Translations under genes and position numbers: made by a program
Notes under the pieces: generated by a model
Told to the model about the DNA's origin: nothing
What the model saw: only the letters and a program-made list of their open reading frames with translations
Databases searched by the model: none
In this document: in pieces, positions 31,295 to 41,900 of the stretch
Layout of the letters: every line of letters begins with the position of its first letter
Numbering within the stretch: the stretch's first letter is position 1
From: an uncultured Pseudomonadales bacterium
GTDB taxonomy: Bacteria > Patescibacteriota > Microgenomatia > UBA1400 > CAYXSR01
Length of the DNA stretch: 64,000 nt
NCBI GenBank assembly: GCA_964430265.1
Contig: CAYSEI010000005.1
Coordinates: forward strand, 14,784-78,783
Reading direction: 5' to 3'

Positions 31295-31367
31295 TGCCAG
31301 CGGGTGGAATCGAACCACCGACCTTGGCCTTATGAAGACCCTGCTCTAACCCCTGAGCCACGCTGGC
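31295..31367 (-). tRNA. tRNA with CAU anticodon (elongator Met or Ile2)
   Basis: GCCAGCG...GGGTC-TT-CAT-AA-GGCCA...GGTTCGATTCC...CGCTGGCA. Confidence 0.9.
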
Positions 31368-31380
31368 TTCATAAAAATTG

Positions 31381-31453
31381 TAGCGGGTCCTAGGTACCGC
31401 CCCTAGGTTAAGTGAGGTTATGAGCCTCACGGGATACTTACCCCCCACCCGCT
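31381..31453 (-). tRNA. Atypical tRNA-Met(CAU), initiator-like
   Basis: AGCGGGT/ACCCGCT acceptor; TGAGG-CTCATAA-CCTCA anticodon arm; CCTAGG-GGCGGTA-CCTAGG T-arm lacking TTC. Confidence 0.8.
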
Positions 31454-31474
31454 GTCTTGCTTAACGCAACCTAT

Positions 31475-31503
31475 ATTTTAACATCTAAACATTTTTTCGA
31501 CAA
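31475..31503 (-). promoter_or_regulatory. Sigma70 promoter of the two CAU tRNAs
   Basis: TTGTCG-17 nt-TAAAAT with TG extension. Confidence 0.65.
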
Positions 31504-31519
31504 GATCAGTAAATGATTT

Positions 31520-31879
31520 TTACTCTTTTATAAACACATTCAACCATTTTTCCCAGTTAGGAAGATTTTGTTTTTCTTCTTCTCCCAAATGTTTATCTGT
31601 TAACTCTAGTTCTTCCGGAAGAATTATTACAGTTTCGTCTGGCTTTGCCATTCCTAATTTATCTCTAATTTCTTTCTCAAGATAATAATCATTTTTACCG
31701 TCTTTTTGCTGTTTTTTAAGTTTTTCGTTCTCTTCTACTATTGCTGCTAATTTTTTTTCCGCATCCTCTAAACGTTGTCCTGCATTCATTAAACGATATA
31801 TATCCTTGCTAACATTAAAAATTAACAGTAATATCAAGCAAATAGATAAATAGTAAGTAGTTTTTTTTATAATTGACAT
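31520..31879 (-). CDS. Septum formation initiator (FtsB/DivIC family)
   Basis: TM + coiled coil; EKEIRDKLGMAKPDE motif. Confidence 0.85.
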   Translation of the reverse strand: MSIIKKTTYYLSICLILLLIFNVSKDIYRLMNAGQRLEDAEKKLAAIVEENEKLKKQQKDGKNDYYLEKEIRDKLGMAKPDETVIILPEELELTDKHLGEEEKQNLPNWEKWLNVFIKE

Positions 31880-31943
31880 AAATTACCGTTAATGTTATTA
31901 TAAGACATTCTAAAAAATTACTCCCTGCCTTAAAAATAAGCAA

Positions 31944-32819
31944 ATGAACGAAAATATAATCACAATTGAACTAGCCTATAAAAAATTTCTAGATTATTTA
32001 AAAGATATTGGCCGCAGCCACTCTACTATCTTAGCATATGGTGCAGACCTGCGACAATTAAAACACTCTCTAGAAAAAAGAGGGAAAAATCAAATAGAAG
32101 AAATTAATATTGAAGATCTGCGCAATTTTAAAAAAGAACTCAAAGAAGATAAAGGTTTCTCCCCTAAAACAATCTCCAGAAAAATTAACTCCATGCGAAC
32201 TTTTTTCCGTTTTTTAATTAAAGAAGGGCTTGTCGAAGAAAACTTGGCAAAAGAGCTTGAACAACCGGAAATTAAAGTTAAACCGCCTAATTTTCTTTCT
32301 AAAACCGAGTACCGTGCTCTAAGAGATGCTTGTAGAAATGATAAAAGAATTTTTGCAATTGTTGAACTTTTACTTCAAACCGGAGTAAGAGTTGGCGAGA
32401 TCACCAACATTCGTGTTACTGATGTAGGGAAAAATTATCTTTATATCCGTCCGCACGGCAAATACAAAGGAAGAAAAATTCCCTTAAACAAAGCAGTTAA
32501 AAAAGCAATTGAAGATTATTTGGAAGAAAGGCCGGAAACAGATTCGGAATTCCTTTTTGTAACCAAAAACAACACTAAACTTTTAATCAGAAATATCAGG
32601 ACGATTGTGGACCGGTATTTTGAACAAGCCGGAATCAAAGACGGTAAGCTCAATGATTTACGTAACACTTTTATTGTTCATCAACTAAAAGCAGGTGTAC
32701 CATTAACAACTGTTTCACAATTGGCGGGACACAAACAAATTACTACAACTGAAAGATATTTGAAGCTTGCAAAAGCAACTAATCCAAAACCGCCCAAGTC
32801 AGAAATGGCAATTCTTTAA
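31944..32819 (+). CDS. XerC/D-like tyrosine recombinase
   Basis: SAM-like N-domain (STILAYGADL); TGVRVGE; NDLRNTF; LAGH; TERY. Confidence 0.9.
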   Translation: MNENIITIELAYKKFLDYLKDIGRSHSTILAYGADLRQLKHSLEKRGKNQIEEINIEDLRNFKKELKEDKGFSPKTISRKINSMRTFFRFLIKEGLVEENLAKELEQPEIKVKPPNFLSKTEYRALRDACRNDKRIFAIVELLLQTGVRVGEITNIRVTDVGKNYLYIRPHGKYKGRKIPLNKAVKKAIEDYLEERPETDSEFLFVTKNNTKLLIRNIRTIVDRYFEQAGIKDGKLNDLRNTFIVHQLKAGVPLTTVSQLAGHKQITTTERYLKLAKATNPKPPKSEMAIL

Positions 32820-35143
32820 AGCCTTGCCCTTCTGGCAATTTCTGCTTCTACTACAGCTCTATCTTTTCCGTATTTTAAGCGTGAAAGCTGTTTAATCATT
32901 TCAGCTACTTTGGAATTTCGCAGTTTATCTATTTTATCCATATCTTTGGTTAAATCCATTGAAAACGGATGAACCGGCTCATTATCAACTATTGTCTTCA
33001 TGTATGCATGGTATTTTTCAATATTAATCAAATCCCGTTCCGAAAAAGTGGGTTGGAACTCATGTTGCAAATAATTGGCGTCCGTAACACCGATCCTAAA
33101 AGAAATTAATGAACCGACGTTTCCAAAAACAGCATTCTTAACTTCCTCTTCAACCTGACCGATAAACTGGTTGGCAACACACAAGTTTAGGCGATATTTC
33201 CTTGCTTCAGACAAAATTTGGGCAAAGTCGGGTGTAGCAAAGTTTTGAAACTCATCCACATAAAGATAAAAGTCCTTTCTTTCTTTTTCCGGAATATCCT
33301 GACGGCTCATTGCAGCTACCAAAATCTTTGGAACCAATATCAAACCCAGAAAATTACTCATTTCTTCCCCAATCCTTCCCTTGGCAAGATTAATCAAAAG
33401 AATCTTCCCTTCATCCATTACTTTTCTAAAATCAAAAGCAGATTTGGATTGACCAATAATATTACGCATCATTTTGTTGGTAATAAACCTGCCAAACTTG
33501 GAAACAATATAGTCCAAAACTTCCGATTTATGAAAGTCCGAAGTTTGCGCAATTTGATCAGTCCAATAACGCCGTACCATAGGATCTTTTACTTTAGGCA
33601 AAAGCTCCTGCACAAATTTTTGATCAGTTAAAGCACGCACAACTTCAACAAAAGTACTCCCGGGCTCACTCATCACTGTCAACATTGCATTTCTAATTGC
33701 ATGTTCAAAACGAGGGCCAATAATACCAGTTTTGTGCGGGTCATACAATTTGTACATCAATCCAATTATTGAAGAGACTACAAAATGCCTCTGATCTTCT
33801 GTTTCTGTTTCCAACATATTTAATCCTAAAGGTCTTTCCGTATCCGAAGGATTAAAATAGATCACGTCTTCTGCTCTTTCCGGTGGAATTAATTCCATTA
33901 TTTGTTCCACTGTATCGTGAGGGTCAATAAAGCAAACTCCTCTTCCTTCACGGATGTCTTGCAATGCCATTTCCATCATTAATTGGGATTTACCCACACC
34001 AGTTTTACCAATTATATACATATGCCTACGGCGATCTTTTTTAGCAATGCAAACCGGCCGTGTCATTCCCCGATAAGTGCTTTTACCAATATACAGGCCT
34101 GTTTTGGGAACTTCTGCCGGTGCTGGTGCTGATTTTGCCGCCAGCCAATGGATATGCGGTGTTTCAACGGATTTATTGGGCAGATGATACATTCCTGCCA
34201 GCTCTTCAGTAGATAAAACACTTTGACCGCCAAAAAGAGACTGGTAGCGATATATAAAATCAATCATAAAAAGCTTTTTAAACCAAATCTTTTTCTTTTT
34301 AAACCCATTTAAACTGGAATTAAATTGTGTAAAAGAAGATGTCAAATTTTTTAAATGTCTATCTGCCTGATGTTTTGTTTCTGAAGAAACAACAATTCTA
34401 ATTGAAGTATTAAAACCTGCTTTGCTGCATTTATTGTCAATTCTTTCCAAATCTTTTGGATCTACTTTGTATTGTGCTTCTTCCGGGTCTGCTTCCTTAC
34501 TTTTTATCTTGGAAATATAGCTTTGTCCGGAACTTTCCCACTTGCTTCCTGCCGGGCTGATAATAAATTGGATTGCTGCTCCTTCATTCTCTCCCATTTT
34601 TGCTAAAGACGAAGTAATCATACTTAAAGGATCTGTCGGAAGATCCCGATAAATTTTCAAAGGATAAAATGAGGCATTTTTCAAAACCAGTGAAGCACTG
34701 GCAACCTTGCCTTTTTCAGAAAAAAGATTATATTCTTCCACTTGTTTTACTTCAGCATCCGGATAAGCACCATGAATTTGTTTCTCAACCAAATCACGTA
34801 AGTCCTCGTGTACAGCAACATAAAAACGGATGTTTTCTTTACTGGCTACAATCTCAAAAGATAAATGATTTGGCGCTTTAAATTTTGATAAAAAGCCCGA
34901 TTTTTTAATTGAGTATAGCGAAGCAAACATTTGTTCTGCAGCATCAATTTTTGTTTCATTATCCCTGGGTACAGCAATTTGCAAAAGAACAAACTTTAAA
35001 GAACGCTCTTCCCTATCTTTAAATTTCATCCAAATCAAAAAAAGATAAAAAATACCAATTAACGCCAAAACCAATAAACCTGCAATAAATATCAAAATTA
35101 AAAATATTTTTGAATAGCTGGCTAATTGTGCTAATGGATCCAT
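32816..35143 (-). CDS. Membrane-anchored VirD4/TraD/HerA (DUF87)-like ATPase, CPR-type
   Basis: RRHMYIIGKTGVGKS Walker A; IDPH; LYVDEFQNF Walker B; LSEARKYRL; ANQ. Confidence 0.9.
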   Translation of the reverse strand: MDPLAQLASYSKIFLILIFIAGLLVLALIGIFYLFLIWMKFKDREERSLKFVLLQIAVPRDNETKIDAAEQMFASLYSIKKSGFLSKFKAPNHLSFEIVASKENIRFYVAVHEDLRDLVEKQIHGAYPDAEVKQVEEYNLFSEKGKVASASLVLKNASFYPLKIYRDLPTDPLSMITSSLAKMGENEGAAIQFIISPAGSKWESSGQSYISKIKSKEADPEEAQYKVDPKDLERIDNKCSKAGFNTSIRIVVSSETKHQADRHLKNLTSSFTQFNSSLNGFKKKKIWFKKLFMIDFIYRYQSLFGGQSVLSTEELAGMYHLPNKSVETPHIHWLAAKSAPAPAEVPKTGLYIGKSTYRGMTRPVCIAKKDRRRHMYIIGKTGVGKSQLMMEMALQDIREGRGVCFIDPHDTVEQIMELIPPERAEDVIYFNPSDTERPLGLNMLETETEDQRHFVVSSIIGLMYKLYDPHKTGIIGPRFEHAIRNAMLTVMSEPGSTFVEVVRALTDQKFVQELLPKVKDPMVRRYWTDQIAQTSDFHKSEVLDYIVSKFGRFITNKMMRNIIGQSKSAFDFRKVMDEGKILLINLAKGRIGEEMSNFLGLILVPKILVAAMSRQDIPEKERKDFYLYVDEFQNFATPDFAQILSEARKYRLNLCVANQFIGQVEEEVKNAVFGNVGSLISFRIGVTDANYLQHEFQPTFSERDLINIEKYHAYMKTIVDNEPVHPFSMDLTKDMDKIDKLRNSKVAEMIKQLSRLKYGKDRAVVEAEIARRARL

Positions 35144-35146
35144 AAT

Positions 35147-35605
35147 TTATTTTTCTTTATAAGACACCCTACTGGGAAACATTTTAACAACTCTTAAACA
35201 CCATTCCGACAACCAACGAATGGAATCAGAAACTTTTTCCTTTAATCCTTCCTCTATTTTCTCTTTTTCCAATGGTAGAACAATCTTAGCTTTTACAACC
35301 TGAGAAGCTTCCATTAGAATCTGTCCGTACTGATCTTTAACCGGTCCTGGAAGTGTAATTTCCTCACCTTTTTCCAATTTTTCCATCCATCCTTCAACTT
35401 CAGGAGGCGGCTCAAATTCTTTTTTTTCTACTATTACCGGTGCTTGTTCTTTAAAAAAAGTTCCGCCCGCTTCTCTTTCTTTTGCCATTCCAGGCGAGCC
35501 ACTAATCTGAGGTTTTGGCGGAGGCTGTATTTTCTTGTCATCTTTTACAACCGGCTGCTGCGGATCATTGGGATCAGCACCAGAGGGCAGATTATCTCTC
35601 TTCAT
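35147..35605 (-). CDS. Hypothetical protein (Pro-rich N-terminus; C-terminal SIRWLSEW)
   Basis: Clean ORF co-oriented 3 nt upstream of the ATPase gene. Confidence 0.7.
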   Translation of the reverse strand: MKRDNLPSGADPNDPQQPVVKDDKKIQPPPKPQISGSPGMAKEREAGGTFFKEQAPVIVEKKEFEPPPEVEGWMEKLEKGEEITLPGPVKDQYGQILMEASQVVKAKIVLPLEKEKIEEGLKEKVSDSIRWLSEWCLRVVKMFPSRVSYKEK

Positions 35606-35668
35606 AAATATAATATTAACACAAATTAGTGGTAAGTATTAAGTAGAAAGCTGCAATTATTTGACCGC

Positions 35669-37078
35669 TTAAATCTCAAGTAAACGAATCATACTTGTTT
35701 TTCCCGGTGTTCCCCATGATTTCCCACAAACCATAATTATCTTGTCACCTTTTTCAATCTTTTCTTCTTTTTGATCAAGAAATTCAAGTATCCTTTTGAT
35801 CTCTTTATCACTTAAAGTCTTGTAATTAAAAAGATACGGTTTTACTCCCCACGTCAAATACATTCTATCCCTGACATTTTCATCGTGAGTAAATGCATAT
35901 ATTGGCATTTGTGGTCTTAATCTTGCCAGCATACTAGCAGTATGTCCTCCTTCGGTTAAAACCAAAAATCCTTTTAATTCCGGAAGATCCCTGCTTAATT
36001 GATAAGCTGCCATTGTCACAGCAGCAGTTTGATCTACAATAGGATAATTTTTCACATTATGACTATTGTTAAGAGTTTCGTTGTCCTCAAGAAAAAGTGC
36101 AGATCGTACCATCCAACTGACAGCTTCAACCGGATATTTTCCCACTGCTGTTTCACCAGAAAGCATTAATGCATCTGTTTTATCCAATACCGCATTACCC
36201 ACATCAGAGATCTCAGCACGCGTTGGTAAAGGTTCTTTTACCATACTTTCCAACATCTGCGTCGCTGTAATCACTGGCTTTCCCTGTCTTAAACATTTTT
36301 TAATAATTGTTTTCTGCCAAAAAGGTATTTCTTCCATTGGAGTTTCAATTCCTAAATCTCCCCGAGCAATCATAATCCCTTCAGAAACTTCCAGAATCTC
36401 GTCAAAATTATCCAAAGACTGTTGGGTCTCAATTTTTGAAATAACTCCTGCATTCATTTTTCTTTTACGTAATTCTTTTTTCAAATCCAAAATATCATTT
36501 TTATAACGCACAAAAGAAAGTGCAACATAATCAACATCATCTTTTTGCATACCGTTTAAACAATCAAAATCCTTTTCTGCCAAAGAAGCAATGTTTAGAT
36601 CAACACCCGGAAGATTAACACTTTTTCTTCCTTCAATTTTACCACCTTCGACAACTCTAAGCACTGCTTTTCCTTCTTTAATATCTATTACCTGAAATCT
36701 TAGCTTGCCATCGTCAATATATACGTCATCTCCTTTACGGATATCCGGGATTACTTCTTTGCGGTCCAAAAGAATGTCTGCCGGCTTTTCAGCTCCAAAA
36801 ATTACTTCCTCGCCAGGTTTGAATTCTTTCCTTTCCCCGGTTGCCCTAATTTCTGGTCCTTGAAGATCCATTACAGTACAAACGCTTATCCCTTTTTCCT
36901 TTGCTACTTCTCTTACCTTTGCAATTCTTTGGCCATGCCATTCACAAGTATTGTGCTTCATATTAAACCTAAACGCACGTACCCCCAAGTCTAACATCTT
37001 GGAAATAATCTGCTTGTCATCAGATGCTGGTCCGTATGTAACCAAAATTTTTGTTTTTAAGCGTTTCTTGTCTTTCAT
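35669..37078 (-). CDS. pyk: Pyruvate kinase
   Basis: TKILVTYGP, DLQGPEIR, SKIET, MIARGDLG, ATQMLESM, MLSGETA. Confidence 0.97.
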   Translation of the reverse strand: MKDKKRLKTKILVTYGPASDDKQIISKMLDLGVRAFRFNMKHNTCEWHGQRIAKVREVAKEKGISVCTVMDLQGPEIRATGERKEFKPGEEVIFGAEKPADILLDRKEVIPDIRKGDDVYIDDGKLRFQVIDIKEGKAVLRVVEGGKIEGRKSVNLPGVDLNIASLAEKDFDCLNGMQKDDVDYVALSFVRYKNDILDLKKELRKRKMNAGVISKIETQQSLDNFDEILEVSEGIMIARGDLGIETPMEEIPFWQKTIIKKCLRQGKPVITATQMLESMVKEPLPTRAEISDVGNAVLDKTDALMLSGETAVGKYPVEAVSWMVRSALFLEDNETLNNSHNVKNYPIVDQTAAVTMAAYQLSRDLPELKGFLVLTEGGHTASMLARLRPQMPIYAFTHDENVRDRMYLTWGVKPYLFNYKTLSDKEIKRILEFLDQKEEKIEKGDKIIMVCGKSWGTPGKTSMIRLLEI

Positions 37079-37713
37079 AAAAATACCTTTCTCTTCTCAT
37101 TAGAAATCTTATTAAACCTTTGAGGCCAATTAGATTTTACCTCAAAACCAGCTCTTTTTAAAGTTTTTGCTACTTTTCCCAAGGGAAAACCCCAAATATT
37201 GCTTAAACTACCAGTGTATTTTTTAACAAATCTGCCTCCTTGTTCCTGAATAGCATAGGCTCCAGCTTTGTCTTGCCAAGCTGCTTGATCCAAATATTTT
37301 TCCAATTCTTTTTCTTTTATTTCTCTAAAAAACACTTCACTTTTATCAATAAAACAATTTTTTTTACTATTCCAGAAAAAACAAACACTGGTAATTACTA
37401 AATGTTTTTTACCTGAAAGCTGATTCAAAATTCTTTTAGCATCTTTTTTATTGTCAGGCTTGCCTATTTTTTCCCAACTTTTTTGCTTTTTCAAAAAAAC
37501 CATTGTATCTGCACTAATTATCAGTACATTCTTTTTATTCACTTTTTGCTTAACTTCCCTTCCTTTTTTTAAAGCAATATTTTTTACCAGCTTTTTGGGC
37601 GGAATATTCTCTATTTTTTCTTCTATATTGCTAGGAATAACTTTAAAATCATCGATTAATAAATTTAGAAGTTCTTTTCTTCGTTTAGAGGCAGACGCTA
37701 AAACTACTTCCAT
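37075..37713 (-). CDS. maf: Maf family nucleoside triphosphate pyrophosphatase
   Basis: LASASKRR, SADT, GKP, DKAGAYAIQ. Confidence 0.93.
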   Translation of the reverse strand: MEVVLASASKRRKELLNLLIDDFKVIPSNIEEKIENIPPKKLVKNIALKKGREVKQKVNKKNVLIISADTMVFLKKQKSWEKIGKPDNKKDAKRILNQLSGKKHLVITSVCFFWNSKKNCFIDKSEVFFREIKEKELEKYLDQAAWQDKAGAYAIQEQGGRFVKKYTGSLSNIWGFPLGKVAKTLKRAGFEVKSNWPQRFNKISNEKRKVFL

Positions 37714-38018
37714 TCTCCGTTTTCAATCCTTTTTTTCAATCTTTCCAGCATTTCTAAATACTCTTTTTCCAAATCAACATCATTCTGCTCTGCTAAAACT
37801 AAAAGATCATATAAAACATCACACAAAGAATCTTTAAACCCTTCTTTTTGCCAGCCGGGTTTGTTACCTTTAGCTCTTTGCTTGGTTAAAACTGCATTGG
37901 CAAGCTCACCAATTTCTTCGACTAGATCAATAAAACGGATATTATTGTCCCAAGCTTTCCAGTTGTCGAATTTCTGATTAACCTTTACTGTTTCTTTGGT
38001 TAATTCTTTTAAATCCAT
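37704..38018 (-). CDS. MazG-like nucleotide pyrophosphohydrolase
   Basis: LVEEIGELA...DSLCDVL all-alpha NTP-PPase motif. Confidence 0.85.
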   Translation of the reverse strand: MDLKELTKETVKVNQKFDNWKAWDNNIRFIDLVEEIGELANAVLTKQRAKGNKPGWQKEGFKDSLCDVLYDLLVLAEQNDVDLEKEYLEMLERLKKRIENGEWK

Positions 38019-38755
38019 TATTTTATTCCTTTTAATTTAACTTCTGGAAAAAAAGTTTCAATTTCTTTTTTAAATTCACTAAATTTTTTATCCGCTAATG
38101 GTTTTTTCTTATTATATTGATCTTTTAAGCAATTCTGTGGTCTAAACTTCTGTAAAAACCACACTTTTTCTTTTTCTTCTCCATATTGATTATACAAACT
38201 ATTTAATTCCTTTGCTAGTTCAAGCAAATTTTGTTTTTTGTGTATTCCTGGAACAACCGTTGTTCTGAATTCATGCTCAATATCTGACTGTAAAATTAGC
38301 TTAATACTTTTTTTTATATTATCAATAGGATAATTAATTCCCACTGCTTTGTTATAATCAGAAAAATTGTTTTTTAAATCCATGGCAATAAAATCAACAA
38401 CTTTTTTATTTATCATTTTACTCAACATCTTCGGATTAGTCCCATTACTATCCAACTTAACTTCAAACCCCATGTCTTTTATTTTCTTACAAAAGTCTGG
38501 CAAGTCATTTTGCAAGGTTGGCTCTCCTCCGGTTATACAAACTCCGTCTAAAATTCCTTTTCTTTTATTTAAAAAAGTAAAAAAATCCTTTTCCGGTATT
38601 TGAGGAAGTTTTTTTTGTTCAAAGTTTTTTAATGTCACAAGATCTTTGTTATGACAAAAAGGACAACGAAAGTTACAGCCTACAGTAAAGACTGTACATG
38701 CAATACGACCAGGAAAATCAATTAAAGTAGTTTTTTGCAATCCTCCTAACAGCAT
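38018..38755 (-). CDS. nrdG: Anaerobic ribonucleotide reductase activating radical SAM protein
   Basis: CNFRCPFCHN; ITGGEPT; EFRTT; adjacent to nrdD. Confidence 0.93.
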   Translation of the reverse strand: MLLGGLQKTTLIDFPGRIACTVFTVGCNFRCPFCHNKDLVTLKNFEQKKLPQIPEKDFFTFLNKRKGILDGVCITGGEPTLQNDLPDFCKKIKDMGFEVKLDSNGTNPKMLSKMINKKVVDFIAMDLKNNFSDYNKAVGINYPIDNIKKSIKLILQSDIEHEFRTTVVPGIHKKQNLLELAKELNSLYNQYGEEKEKVWFLQKFRPQNCLKDQYNKKKPLADKKFSEFKKEIETFFPEVKLKGIK

Positions 38756-38766
38756 CTATTTTATGC

Positions 38767-38913
38767 TTATGAGACCTTGTATGTTTTTCTTTTATAGAAT
38801 TCTGCTTCTTTTCCCGGATTCCACTGGGAAACAGGTCTTAAATAACCCACAATGCGTGAATAAACTTCACATTTTGTGCGCTCTTGTTTCTTTTCTGTTT
38901 TTTGTGCTGCCAT
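38767..38913 (-). CDS. Stand-alone glycyl-radical peptide of class III RNR (48 aa)
   Basis: CEVYSRIVGYLRPV..WN.GK..EF; strong SD AAGGAGGT before ATG at 38913. Confidence 0.88.
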   Translation of the reverse strand: MAAQKTEKKQERTKCEVYSRIVGYLRPVSQWNPGKEAEFYKRKTYKVS

Positions 38914-38914
38914 T

Positions 38915-41900
38915 TTACACCTCCTTTTGGTAGCCAATTTCTTGATCACATTTTGGACAAAACTTATGTTCTCCCTTAAGATATCCATGTTTGGGACAAA
39001 TGGAAAAACTTGGAGTCAATGAAAAATAAGGAAGACTATAGTTTTTAGCTATTTTTTGCACCATTTTTTTGACAATTTTCGTATTGTCCGGACTTTCTCC
39101 CAAGAAACCGTGCAAAACCGTTCCGCCGGTGTATGAAGTCTGTAATTCATCTTGATTATCTAAAGCTTCAAATATATCGTTTGTATAATCAACCGGTAAA
39201 TGTGTTGAGTTGGTATAAAAAGGCTCTGTCCTTTTATCATCAACGTCTTTTTGGTTTGCACAAATTATTTCATTCCCAAAATATTCTTTGTCAATTCTAG
39301 CAAAACGATATGAAGTTCCTTCGGCCGGAGTTGCTTCCAAATTAAACATTTGGTCAGTTTCCTTCTGGAAATCCAGCAATTTATCGTTCATAAAGTTCAT
39401 AACTTTTAAGGCAAATTCCTTTCCTTCCGGTTCAACAATTGTTTTACCCATAAAATTAACCAATGCTTCATTCATTCCATTAATCCCGATAGTACTAAAA
39501 TGGTTATGCCAGTATTCTCCGGTTCTTTTTTTAATATCGTTTAAATAATAACGGCAGTACGGATAAAGTCCCTTTTCTGTAAATCCTTCTACAATTTCCC
39601 TTTTAATTTGTAAGGAATCTTTTGCCAATTCCATTAATTCTTCTACTTTTTCAAAAAAATCTTCTTCTGTTTCAGCTTGGTATCCAATCCGTGGAAGGTT
39701 TAAAGTTACTACTCCCACTGAACCGGTCAACGGATTAGCAGCAAATAACCCCCCTCTTTTACGCAGTTTTTTATTGTCCAGCTGCAATCTGCAACACATA
39801 CTGCGAATATCTTCCGGATCCATATCCGAATTAACAAAGTTAGAAAAATATGGAATCCCATATTTGCGTGTCATCTCCCATATTGGTTCCAAAACCTTGT
39901 TGTCCCACTCAAAATTCTTGGTTACAGAATAAGTTGGAATTGGAAAAGTAAATACTCTTCCGTGTGCATCGCCTTCCATCATTACTTCAGCAAAAGCGCG
40001 GTTAAATTGATCAACTTCTTCTTGAAATTCTTTATATGTTCGTTCTTGCATTTTGCCACCAATAATTACAGCTTCGTCTTTAAATATTTTGGGAATTACT
40101 AAATCCATGGTTACATTTGTAAAAGGAGTATTTCCTGTTATAAAAACTTTTCCTTTTCTCCTAGCAATTATTGTTTCGTTTTTCGTATGTGGACACCAAA
40201 TAACGCCCTCATAATCAACCTCTTTTATTTCCTGGATATATGTTTCTTTGTGTCTTATTAAACGCAAAACAAAAATTTCCTTATTCCCAATAACTGTCGC
40301 TTTTCTTTCTAAAACCGTAAAACCATATTCACAATTTACTACCATCTCCTGTAAATCTTCTAATAAATTAGGATGTGACACAGCAATCTTACAATCTTCA
40401 AATCCATCCGCCTTTAAATATGTGTTAATAAACACACGTGATTGTTTTGTGTTCATTTTTAACATTTTATGAGGAATGAAATGTATGTTCTCTTTTGTTC
40501 CAAACCATTGGTGAATTGTTTTAGAGCTCTCTGCATTCAATCTAAGACGGTTTACGTCTTCTCCCAAAGATGCATGTTTGTATTCTGAATATTCAAACCC
40601 AAAATGATCAAGCAGTTCCTTAATCTCTAGATAATTTTTTTTATTTCTCAATTCTGATTGATAAATGCTGACACGATAACAACAACGATGCTTTCCTGGT
40701 CTTTCAATTGTCCCGTCTGCAATTATCCAAGCCATTAATTTAATTTGCTCATCACTAATCTCTGCTTTCTTATTACTATTTTTTCCACTTACCGGAATTA
40801 TTACAGGAGATTTTAATTTTTTAACTTCTTCTATTGGTTCCAAAACATATTTATCTGAATTAAATTTTTTACGTACAACTCTGTGTTTAGGAGAAATTAA
40901 TTGATCCTGAATGCGGTTTTTCAGGTTAAACATCTTCCCTTTGTATTTTCTTTTAAAAACACTTTCTACTTCTTGTTCTTCAATCTCTTTTTTTTCAAGA
41001 TTAAAGGTTTTAATTTTATCTCCCTTTTTAACTTCTTGGTAGTCTTTCCAACCTTCAGAAGTTAAAATCTCTGTATCTTCAGAAACACATTGAAAACCTA
41101 CCCGTGTAGGAACATTCATGTTATAAACAAACTCCTGCATAGCCTGTTTAACCTCTTCATATGATAAATTATCATAAGCAATAAACGGTGCCATTAAAGT
41201 ATCAAAATTAGCAACTGCAATTGCACCGGCAACTTCACCCTGCAAGGTATAGAAAAAGTTTACTAACTGTCCTAAAGCTGTCCGTAAGTGTTTAGGGGGA
41301 GAAGAATGTATTTTACCTCTAACTCCGCCAAATCCCCGTAATAAAAAGTCTTTTAGATCCCATCCCGTACAATATGCAGAAATCAATGCCAAGTCATGAA
41401 TGTGCAATTCCCCATGAGTATGTGCTTTTCTAATTTCTCGAGGATAAATCTTATGCAGCCAAAAGTTGGAAGAAATAATTGAGGCAACATGATTGTTTAA
41501 ACCTTGTAAGGAATAGGTCATATTAGCATTCTCTTTAACCAACCAATCTTCTTTTTCCAGGTATTTTTCAATTAGCTCATTTGAATCAACCAAACTACCA
41601 ATATCCCTCATCTTGCGGTGCAAATCACGATACAGTGTAAAGGCTTTATGAATCTTTTTTTCTTGGTTTTCAAGAAGCTTTTTTTCAACCAGGTCCTGCA
41701 CTTGTTCCACTTCCGGAGTAATTGTCTGATTAAACCGCTTTTCCATTTCATCCACTACCTGCTGAGACAGTTTTCTGATCTTTTTTTTATTCTTAAAACC
41801 GGCAGCCCTGCTGGCTAACCAAATTGCTCTTTCTATTTTGGCAGGATCAAAATCTTCAATTCTTCCGTCTCTTTTTCTAATTTTTTCAATTACACTAGTT

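Noticed and set aside
38767-38988. nrdD pseudogene or programmed frameshift into the 73-aa ORF
   Set aside because: A clean stop, a strong SD and an ATG at 38913 favour a separate small gene; no obvious slippery site.
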